Positions 20,101 to 26,876 of a stretch of 64,000 nucleotides of DNA are shown here, in pieces; positions within the stretch are counted from its first letter, which is position 1, and each line of letters begins with the position of its first letter. The notes under the pieces are model-generated. The model was not told the origin of the DNA. It did not search any database and saw only the letters and a program-made list of their open reading frames with translations. The translations under genes were made by a program, and so were the position numbers. The stretch comes from Acidobacteriota bacterium (GTDB lineage: Bacteria; Acidobacteriota; UBA6911). The stretch is from NCBI GenBank assembly GCA_963664705.1, contig OY761556.1, forward strand, positions 4,800,001-4,864,000, written 5' to 3'.

Positions 20101-20448
20101 CGCCCCGTGCGGGCTGCCTTTCATGCCGGCTTTCGCATCCGCCTTCGCGGATGCAGCGCCGCCGGACTGGTGCATGGAGTGACATCCGGCGCAGGCACCG
20201 TTTTCAACGTTTCCCCCCAACGAAGGGTGCTTCCCGCTCTTCTGATCTTCCCGGATGCCGTCATGACAGCCGAGACACCGGAATTCAGGCTTCCCTTTTG
20301 AAAGATCGTGACAATCCGCGCAATGCTCCGAACCGCCAAGCATTTCGTGCCTGGCGGCAAGAGCGCCGGCAGATGTCTGCGCCGCATACCCCGTCGCGGC
20401 GCAAAACAGTACCCACACCAAGCCGAACTTTTTCACTGACAGTCGCAT
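17197..20448 (-). CDS. Giant multiheme cytochrome c, 43 CxxCH motifs, 12 tandem tri-heme modules
   Basis: Sec-type signal peptide; 43 CxxCH counted by hand; repeat FPL.GAH...CxxCH-x11-CxxCH-x20-CxxCH...W....FNH of mostly 73-75 aa. Confidence 0.95.
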   Translation of the reverse strand: MRLSVKKFGLVWVLFCAATGYAAQTSAGALAARHEMLGGSEHCADCHDLSKGKPEFRCLGCHDGIREDQKSGKHPSLGGNVENGACAGCHSMHQSGGAASAKADAKAGMKGSPHGAITIPCANCHASTSYKPIRPFPDFKHSETPYPLRGMHTGVGCRQCHSKLVFSNVGRQCADCHADFHRRQMGSNCEQCHSVRGWRVTLTSAKNHTNRFPLMGAHAASDCISCHKSAAVGQFKGLSTDCASCHTGDFKAAKSPDHVAAQFPSDCLSCHAGMDSWMGNKFDHGRYAGFVLTGGHGQLECTSCHANRKFSGTSPDCISCHAKDYSATNNPNHAAAGFSGNCVSCHTPAGWAGAVFNHSASTQFPLSGAHVGVQCASCHQNNAYAGLSTSCVSCHLADYKSAAKPNHAAAGFPQQCTSCHSATSWAGAAFSHSTTAFPLSGAHANTQCTACHQNNVYAGLAMDCASCHLNNYKSTSNPNHAAAGFPQNCSQCHGTSSWQGGVSINHSTQTKFPLTGAHTGVQCATCHKNNVYAGLATDCASCHLNNYKGTTNPNHAAAGYPQNCSQCHSTSSWQGGVSINHNTQTKFPLTGAHTNVPCATCHKNNVYAGLATDCVSCHLNNYKGTMNPNHGSAGFSQQCSACHGTTTWAGATFNHAATAFPLSGGHTGVPCATCHKNNVYAGLATACVSCHLNDYNGTTSPSHTQGGFPQQCTTCHNTAAWAGATFNHATTPFPLTGAHTAVQCATCHKNNVYAGLPTACVSCHLNDYSGTANPNHSQAGFPQQCSSCHDTKSWASATFNHATTPFPLTGAHTAVQCATCHKNNVYAGLPTACASCHLSNYNGTTSPNHAQSGYPQDCSLCHSTTSFTGAAFSHTKTAFPLTGAHVSVTCTSCHKNGVYAGLATNCVSCHLNNYNGTTNPNHASAGFPQQCATCHSTTSWAGATFNHGTTPFPLSGAHTSVQCNQCHISGKYAGTPTDCYACHSSEYKTTTNPGHQSAGFPTTCATCHSTTSWAGATFNHTWWKTSHGNAKTCSDCHTNPSNYSVFTCTSCHTKAQTDSKHAGRSGYVYNSANCYQCHRSGGN

Positions 20449-20456
20449 CCGATATC

Positions 20457-21041
20457 CTATCGAGTGGTCACAAGAAGGCTCATCATCTGCCGGGCCTTTT
20501 GTGCGCTTTCTGAATTCGAGTGCTGGGCTGTCAGGCGCGTCCAGTAGTCTCTCGCGCGATTCCCGTCACCGATATTGGCGTAAATGGCGCCAAGGTTATA
20601 GAGAGCATCCTCATAGGCGGGCTGCGTCTTTAGTATTCCTTCCGTATGCCGGATCGCCCCGTGGATGTCTCCGAGCTGAAACAGCACTTTCCCAAGTTCA
20701 AGATTTGCCTCCGGATTCTCCGGCTCCATGTCGAGGATCCTGCGCAAATCCGCCGCCGCTTCCTGGGCATGTCCGCTTTCCGATTCAATTTTAGCGAGCC
20801 TGAGAAGCACCGGTAAATGCCCCGGCCTCTTCTTCAGCGCAGTTCTGAGCATCTCCTGCTCATGCGGATTCTTCTCCCTGGATCCATCTGCAAACGCAGG
20901 CGAACCCGTGCCGGAATGTCCGGACGGTTCTTCCTTCACCGACCTCTTCGCATGTGTCGCCAGGTAGAATCCCGCCGCAATTACCGCGATTCCCAAAATC
21001 ACTATCGCTACAGCTCGTCGAAGCTTCACAAGCCTCCCCAT
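20457..21041 (-). CDS. Membrane-anchored TPR protein
   Basis: N-terminal TM AVAIVILGIAVIAAGFYLA; TPR signatures (EANLELGKVLFQLGD, DALYNLGAIYANIGD); start placed downstream of the sigma-54 promoter. Confidence 0.85.
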   Translation of the reverse strand: MGRLVKLRRAVAIVILGIAVIAAGFYLATHAKRSVKEEPSGHSGTGSPAFADGSREKNPHEQEMLRTALKKRPGHLPVLLRLAKIESESGHAQEAAADLRRILDMEPENPEANLELGKVLFQLGDIHGAIRHTEGILKTQPAYEDALYNLGAIYANIGDGNRARDYWTRLTAQHSNSESAQKARQMMSLLVTTR

Positions 21042-21117
21042 TCCGCAAAGCTGGCACTCTGCCCGCCGCATAATGCAAAAATATTTTCCCTTGGTTTCTG
21101 CGAACCGGGATTGCGGT

Positions 21118-21133
21118 TGCAATCCGCGTGCCA
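21118..21133 (-). promoter_or_regulatory. Sigma-54 (-24/-12) promoter of the TPR-cytochrome-porin operon
   Basis: Minus strand TGGCACGCGGATTGCA is an exact match to TGGCACG-N4-TTGCW, about 75 bp upstream of ATG 21041. Confidence 0.8.
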
Positions 21134-21408
21134 TTGCTACCACATTGTGGCATTTCCGGCATCTTCCGCCTCAAACGAGGGGGCTGCCCGATGCCGCCAT
21201 GGATTTAGATAACATTTTTATTATGTGTGTTTTAGTTGATGTCCGGGCGCCGGGTTCTTGGCCATTCCAGGCTTATTGCGCATGCAGTCCTAATGTCCTC
21301 GGCGTTTGACACCGGATCGATGGCCGGCACCGGAACTAGCGGAGAATTTTCCAGGCATGGGGGAAGAACTCCCCGATTACGCCATATTGCTTACCCACGA
21401 GACCAGAA

Positions 21409-21423
21409 GTGCATTTTTTGCAC
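21409..21423. promoter_or_regulatory. Candidate activator site TGCA-N5-TGCA
   Basis: GTGCATTTTTTGCAC dyad; the same geometry occurs at 22139-22153. Confidence 0.45.
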
Positions 21424-21583
21424 TCCATGTGAAGTTTTTGCATTTGGTGGATTATTCGCAAAAGGCGTTGACTCCATGGTGCTCCAAGTCGTCTGATATT
21501 TTCATCCTACGTACAGTGCAATATTCCTGCATTGCCTGATGCAATTTCCCCATTTGGAATTTCAGTCGCAGATTCCTCTTCTT

Positions 21584-21600
21584 TGGCACATTTCGTGCCA
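21584..21600. promoter_or_regulatory. Palindromic site with sigma-54-like GG-N10-GC on both strands
   Basis: TGGCACATTTCGTGCCA. Confidence 0.45.
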
Positions 21601-21683
21601 GCAGAAACGCATGGAGGAGAGTTGTGCCTTCAAATGATAGCTCTTCCCTTCATTGTCTTTACCCGTGAATCAAACAACCAAAA

Positions 21684-22097
21684 GTGAGGGTGCGGATGCA
21701 AGGCTATTCCAATGACTCACATGATTCCAAATCTCAGGAATCTCTTCTCCTGGCGGCTGATTTCTTCCTTTTTCTTTCAGATTCTACTGTTCTGATGATC
21801 CTGAGCGCCATTCGCAGAAAGGAAATGACCTATCTGGAACTGGCCGGAGAACTTGGGATCCCTCCCCTGGTTGTTTTCACCAAGCTTCGGGCGATGGAAC
21901 GGGAGGGACTTCTTGTTTCGCACTTCCGCCCCAGGGGACTTTTCTTCCGCGTGGTGGATAACGAGGTTGCGCAGGCGCTTGAGCAGATACTGGCCATCCC
22001 GAAGAAACAGCTGCAGAGAGTTTACGATCGCAAGGCGGTTGCGGCGGGAACGAACGAAAACCGGCGGGAATCGCCGTTTCGAGACACTGCAAAATGA
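21684..22097 (+). CDS. ArsR/SmtB-like winged-HTH regulator
   Basis: ADFF..LSD...L.IL..I...EMT..ELA.ELG pattern; no metal-binding Cys. Confidence 0.7.
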   Translation: MRVRMQGYSNDSHDSKSQESLLLAADFFLFLSDSTVLMILSAIRRKEMTYLELAGELGIPPLVVFTKLRAMEREGLLVSHFRPRGLFFRVVDNEVAQALEQILAIPKKQLQRVYDRKAVAAGTNENRRESPFRDTAK

Positions 22098-22138
22098 GGA
22101 CAGAAACATGAACATTGCGGTCGGGATTTGCACGCGGC

Positions 22139-22153
22139 CTGCAAAATTTGCAG
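22139..22153. promoter_or_regulatory. Candidate activator site TGCA-N5-TGCA
   Basis: CTGCAAAATTTGCAG, about 80 bp upstream of a GG-N10-GC element (GGGACCTCTCTTTGC, 22230-22244). Confidence 0.5.
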
Positions 22154-22284
22154 CAGATCCAACGACAGCCACCACAGGCTGAACTCCTAACTCAAACAGA
22201 GCGAATGAAATACGCCTCAACGAGCCATTGGGACCTCTCTTTGCCTGTCAAAAGGGTCTTCCTGACATTGCAGGAGAAGCAAAA

Positions 22285-23001
22285 ATGAAAAGATATCGAC
22301 GAACTCCATTGTTGGGATTGATGTTGCTGTTGGCAATTTCTGTCCAGGCTCAGGGAAGGCGGGCGAGAGGCCCTGCCAGGCAGGCGGATAGGCCGGCCCC
22401 TGCCGACGCCGCCCAATGTCTTGCCTTGGTCCAGTCCACTCCAAAACAGGCGCTGAACTCGATGGAGGCCGCCGGCCTCCTGTACATGCGGGAGGAAGAA
22501 AAGCTTGCGCACGATGTCACCCTGAAGTTGCAGGCAAAATGGGGGTCGCGTACATTCGGAAATATTACGCAAGCCGAGAACCGGCATATCGAAATGATCA
22601 AGCTGCTGTTGGATCGCTATCAACTGCAGGACATCGCTGCCCGAAACCCGGCCGGCACATTCCGCAATGAGGGGATCGCGGATTTGTACCATTCCTTTGT
22701 AGCGGAAGGCGAGCAGTCCTTGAAGGCCGCATGGAAAGTGGCGGCCGCAATCGAAGAGCTCGATATCCGCGACCTTGAAAAAGCCGCTCAGTCCACCGAC
22801 AATAGTGATCTGAAATTCGTTTACGATCATCTCCGAACCGCTTCGGAAAACCATATGCGCGTGTTTGTACAGCAGTTGAGCAGGGCGGGAGACTCCTATA
22901 TTCCGCAGCACATGAATCAAGGAGAATTCTCCCAGATCATCGCACGCGCCCAATCAGTTGGTCGCGGCAGCAAAAGGTCTTGCCCCTGGAATCAGCCCTG
23001 A
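22285..23001 (+). CDS. Exported DUF2202 ferritin-like protein
   Basis: Signal peptide; MREEEKLAHDV, AENRH, IEELDIRDL, SENH; RBS AGGAG. Confidence 0.9.
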   Translation: MKRYRRTPLLGLMLLLAISVQAQGRRARGPARQADRPAPADAAQCLALVQSTPKQALNSMEAAGLLYMREEEKLAHDVTLKLQAKWGSRTFGNITQAENRHIEMIKLLLDRYQLQDIAARNPAGTFRNEGIADLYHSFVAEGEQSLKAAWKVAAAIEELDIRDLEKAAQSTDNSDLKFVYDHLRTASENHMRVFVQQLSRAGDSYIPQHMNQGEFSQIIARAQSVGRGSKRSCPWNQP

Positions 23002-23031
23002 TACGCTATAACCACTTTTTACGGAATCACA

Positions 23032-24297
23032 ATGGCGGTCTCCTTGTCGAACCAGACTCGATTCCACCCGGCTCGCTGGATAGCTATTGCCGTGGTTGTT
23101 CTATGCATTGCGCTCCTCGCCAGTGCAGTCTTTAATTTCGTTACGCTATCGCGTCTGAGCAAATCCTATCTCTCGAATCGCGGCCATGAGATTGCCGCTG
23201 CGCTCGAAGGAATGGCACGCGGTCCCGGCAGGCGAAATAACCCGATATTCTGGCAATCAGTGCTGGAATCAAATTACACGCGCTACTCTGGTTCGGTAGC
23301 GTTTCTGTCCCTGGTGGATCAAAAAGGGAGCGTGCTCGCTTACAAAGGAAGCACAGCGGAGGTTCCGAGCGTCATCCCAACCACGCTGCGCGACGTGTAT
23401 ATCTTCAACCAGCCCCTTGCGTTGCCTCGTTTTGAGCATCAGGGAAATGGCGTTGTCAGCAGCTGGAGCATCCGCATCGGGCTTTACACAACCGAGACAG
23501 TCTCTATTCAAAGGCAGGCTCTTCTGCAGCTGGCAATAACCGGGATGACGGTTTTCACCCTGGTTCTCTTGGCCGTAAGTCTGATCCGCACGCTGAATCG
23601 CTTCCTTGAAATGAAGGCGCGGGAAGGAGCCGAAGCACAGCTCAAATCCCTGGGCATTATGTCGGCTTCGCTGGCCCATGAAATCAGAAACCCTCTGGGC
23701 GCCATGAAAGGGCTGACGCAACTGGCGCAGGAAGATCTGCCGGAAGATCATGCGGCGCAGGAAAAGTTGAAAACAGTCGTAAATGAAGCCGAGCGACTCG
23801 AACGATTGGTCAACGATCTGCTGGATTTTGCCCGTTCTAAAGAACCGAAAATCAGCAGTTTTGATCTTGTTGAACTTCTGACCGATATCAAGGCAATCCT
23901 CGGACCAAAGCTCGCTTCTTCGAAGGTAGACCTCCGGCTGACAAACAAAGGCGTACCCATGTTGGTTCGCTCGGATCCGGCGGGGCTAAGGCAAATACTG
24001 CTGAATGTATTGATCAACGCCATCGATGCCACATCCGAATCCCAAACCGTTGAATTGAAGGCATGCCTCTCCGAAGACGGAAAGACGATCCTGATCCAGG
24101 TTGATGATTCGGGAAAAGGGCTTGGCAAGGAAAACCCCGAAGAACTGTTTCTTCCTTTCGTAACCAAAAAGGTACGTGGGACAGGGTTGGGACTCGCAAT
24201 CTCGAGACAAATCGCCGAGAGCCTCGGCGGAACATTGACACTGGAGAGTTTGCCGGGAACCGGAGCCCGCTGTTCCATCACGTTACCCATTGTCTAA
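23032..24297 (+). CDS. Membrane sensor histidine kinase (ZraS/NtrB-like)
   Basis: Two TM segments; LAHEIRNPL; N-box NVLINAIDA; GTGLGL. Confidence 0.93.
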   Translation: MAVSLSNQTRFHPARWIAIAVVVLCIALLASAVFNFVTLSRLSKSYLSNRGHEIAAALEGMARGPGRRNNPIFWQSVLESNYTRYSGSVAFLSLVDQKGSVLAYKGSTAEVPSVIPTTLRDVYIFNQPLALPRFEHQGNGVVSSWSIRIGLYTTETVSIQRQALLQLAITGMTVFTLVLLAVSLIRTLNRFLEMKAREGAEAQLKSLGIMSASLAHEIRNPLGAMKGLTQLAQEDLPEDHAAQEKLKTVVNEAERLERLVNDLLDFARSKEPKISSFDLVELLTDIKAILGPKLASSKVDLRLTNKGVPMLVRSDPAGLRQILLNVLINAIDATSESQTVELKACLSEDGKTILIQVDDSGKGLGKENPEELFLPFVTKKVRGTGLGLAISRQIAESLGGTLTLESLPGTGARCSITLPIV

Positions 24298-24310
24298 AGC
24301 AGGCGGATTC

Positions 24311-25654
24311 ATGAAACTGAAGATACTTGTTGTCGACGATGAGGCGGGCCAACGACAGTTCATCAGCGGCGCTCTGGCTAAGGAGTACGATGTCACGGCC
24401 GCATCGAACGGCGTTGAAGCCTGCCAACTGCTGTCTCACTCCAGCTTCAGCCTCGTCATCACAGATGAGCGCATGCCGGACATGGGCGGGATAGAGCTGA
24501 TTCGATGGATGCGTGAAAACGCTCCGGAAACGCCGGTTATTGTACTCACGGCCTATGGCTCCGTGGAAACAGCCGTCGAAGCAATCAAGCTGGGCGCAGA
24601 AGAATACCTCACAAAGCCACTGAAGAGTCCGGAAGAGCTTCGGCTTATAGTCGGCAAAGTTTTGCGCAGCCGGGCAATGCGCGATCGCAGCCAGCTGCAT
24701 CAGGAGGAAACGGCCGCGGCTCTCCCGGCAGATGTTGTCGCTGAAAGCGAGAGCATGAAGCATGTCTTCCGGCTGGCAACGCAGGTGGCACAGCAGCCGA
24801 CCACAGTGCTCCTGACCGGAGAATCCGGAACAGGCAAGGAAGTGGTTGCCCGATTCATACACAGCCGAAGCCCGCGTTACGATCATACGTTTGTTGCGGT
24901 CAACTGCGCCGCCATCACCGAGACCTTGCTCGAATCGGAACTGTTCGGCCACGAAAAAGGCGCTTTTACCGGGGCGACACAAAACCGGCGCGGCCGGTTT
25001 GAATTGGCAGATGGCGGCACCCTGTTTCTGGACGAAATCGCTGAAATGGGTGTGGGCCTTCAGGCCAAATTGCTGCGCGTTCTCCAGGAACAGCAGTTCG
25101 AACGTATCGGCAGCGACCGGACCATGACGGTTGACGTCCGGGTCATTGCCGCAACAAATAAAGATCTAAACCTCAGCATTGCGGATAAATCCTTTCGAGA
25201 AGACCTCTATTACCGGTTAAACGTGTTTCCAATCCATATTCCCCCGCTGCGCGAGCGGCGGGACGATATTCTGCCACTGGCCAAATCCTTTGCTCAAAAA
25301 ATCTCGAGCCGTCTTGGCAGAGCGGCAGCCCCGATCAGCGCAGAAGCGTCAGAATTGATGAAGAGCTATGACTGGCCGGGAAATGTACGGGAATTGGCAA
25401 ATGCCATTGAGCGCGCCCTGATCGTCTCACGCACCGATTCTATCGAATCCGACGACTTGCCCGTGAAACGGGAACCGGCATCAACCGCGCAATCCTCACG
25501 CCCTGGTTTACTGGCCCAGGTTGAAAGAACCTCAATCCTGGATGTACTGGCCCGGAACAAAGGAGACCGGCGCGCGACGGCGGAGGAATTGGGCATCAGT
25601 CTGCGCACACTTCAATATCGCCTGAAAGAATACGGGATTACCGGGCGCGAATAG
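24311..25654 (+). CDS. Sigma-54-dependent response regulator (NtrC family)
   Basis: REC; GESGTGKE; GAFTGA; FREDLYYRLNV; WPGNVREL; Fis-type HTH. Confidence 0.96.
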   Translation: MKLKILVVDDEAGQRQFISGALAKEYDVTAASNGVEACQLLSHSSFSLVITDERMPDMGGIELIRWMRENAPETPVIVLTAYGSVETAVEAIKLGAEEYLTKPLKSPEELRLIVGKVLRSRAMRDRSQLHQEETAAALPADVVAESESMKHVFRLATQVAQQPTTVLLTGESGTGKEVVARFIHSRSPRYDHTFVAVNCAAITETLLESELFGHEKGAFTGATQNRRGRFELADGGTLFLDEIAEMGVGLQAKLLRVLQEQQFERIGSDRTMTVDVRVIAATNKDLNLSIADKSFREDLYYRLNVFPIHIPPLRERRDDILPLAKSFAQKISSRLGRAAAPISAEASELMKSYDWPGNVRELANAIERALIVSRTDSIESDDLPVKREPASTAQSSRPGLLAQVERTSILDVLARNKGDRRATAEELGISLRTLQYRLKEYGITGRE

Positions 25655-25812
25655 CTGGGAGCGCCGCCATCTCAACGCAATGCCGCATCCGATTTGTCGA
25701 GGGCGAAGCCCTTCGGAAGCCGGTGGCAAGCAGCCGCACTTCACGGTTTCCCATGCGGGCACGCCTTTTTGCAAATAATATGCGGGCATTAGTGTCGCGG
25801 CACTCCCAGTAG
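25655..25812. repeat. GGGAGCGCCG-type REP-like inverted ends between convergent genes
   Basis: CTGGGAGCGCCGC immediately after the stop, and GCGGCACTCCCAG at about 25797-25809. Confidence 0.55.
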
Positions 25813-25821
25813 GACTCGATT

Positions 25822-26415
25822 TTATTGAATGCCAAGCAACTCCAAATGACTTTCGAAGGCATCCAGGTGCCTAATGGATCCGGCAAGCAAGTTCGTATAT
25901 ACAGCTTTGATGTCCGTATTGTCGGTTAACGCTATCGCAGCCTCCAGGTCTTTTATATCCTTCTTTTCGATGGCAACCCCCACCTGCAAAGCGTCAAAAA
26001 GCGATAATTGCCCCTGGGCAATCAGTTCGTTATATAACGCCTGCAGATCCTGATTAACAAAAACGCCGGGTTCCTTTGCCGGATCCGCCAAGCCATACCG
26101 CTCCAGGAGATTTCCAATGGCATCAAAATGTTTCTGCTCGCTTGCCGCAATGTTGGCATAAATGCGGACACCCCATTTTGCATAAAGGACCTGGTACACT
26201 TCCAGCGCAAGTTTTTCCTCTTCTCGCATAAACAAAAGCGACGCCAGTTCTTCGTTGCTCAACGATTGAGCAGTAATCGGGACCGATGCTTTCTGTCCGT
26301 TGGCGCCAGATCCGGGCCCTCCTCCCTTCTGATTGCTGTAACCATTCTGCGCCGCTGCCGGCAGGGCAGTCATAAAAGCCAGGCAAAGCACAAGCAGTAA
26401 GCTGGATAGTTTCAT
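25822..26415 (-). CDS. Exported DUF2202 ferritin-like protein (paralogue)
   Basis: Signal peptide MKLSSLLLVLCLAFMTALPAAA; MREEEKLALEV, SEQKH, IEKKDIKDL, SIRH. Confidence 0.9.
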   Translation of the reverse strand: MKLSSLLLVLCLAFMTALPAAAQNGYSNQKGGGPGSGANGQKASVPITAQSLSNEELASLLFMREEEKLALEVYQVLYAKWGVRIYANIAASEQKHFDAIGNLLERYGLADPAKEPGVFVNQDLQALYNELIAQGQLSLFDALQVGVAIEKKDIKDLEAAIALTDNTDIKAVYTNLLAGSIRHLDAFESHLELLGIQ

Positions 26416-26480
26416 GTTTATATCTTCCTTTCCGTGCTGGTCTGTTTGAATTCCGAATTTACATACACGCAACGGATCTC

Positions 26481-26496
26481 TGCAATTCTCTGCCCA
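26481..26496 (-). promoter_or_regulatory. Putative sigma-54 promoter of the DUF2202 paralogue
   Basis: Minus strand TGGGCAGAGAATTGCA (GG-N10-GC, TTGCA). Confidence 0.55.
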
Positions 26497-26641
26497 AGAA
26501 CATGGAAGGAAGTTACTCATGTTAATCCAATGGTTTGCAGCCTACTGCACCCGTAAAGAATGCGAAAAAGAGCAGAATTTGCGGCAGAGCCTGGAAATTT
26601 TTGCATCGCGGAAACTGCATCCACGGCGGCTCGAGATATGC

Positions 26642-26657
26642 TGTGACGCCAGTCACA
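26642..26657. promoter_or_regulatory. CRP-family binding site
   Basis: TGTGACGCCAGTCACA, a perfect TGTGA-N6-TCACA in a divergent intergenic region. Confidence 0.6.
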
Positions 26658-26876
26658 TAAATCTCATTTAAAGGCATGAATAATCAACATTTAGCCAGCT
26701 ATCTCTCTATCGGGTATTGCCGCCTCTCCGTAGTTTTTACTGAGCGGACTTGCCCGAATCCATGTTTTCTACCGATTCGCTTAACCCCCTTAAGAAATAA
26801 TAATATAACCTCGGCTAATCAGTGTTGAACCGTAGTAAAGATTGATTAATGGACTTGGCTCCAAATAGAAGTTCCT

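Noticed and set aside
17338-20301. Repetitive plus-strand ORFs and a CRISPR-like or DGR-like appearance
   Set aside because: These are antisense to the cytochrome repeats; the periodicity of 219-225 bp is coding, there are no spacers, and no cas or reverse transcriptase gene is present
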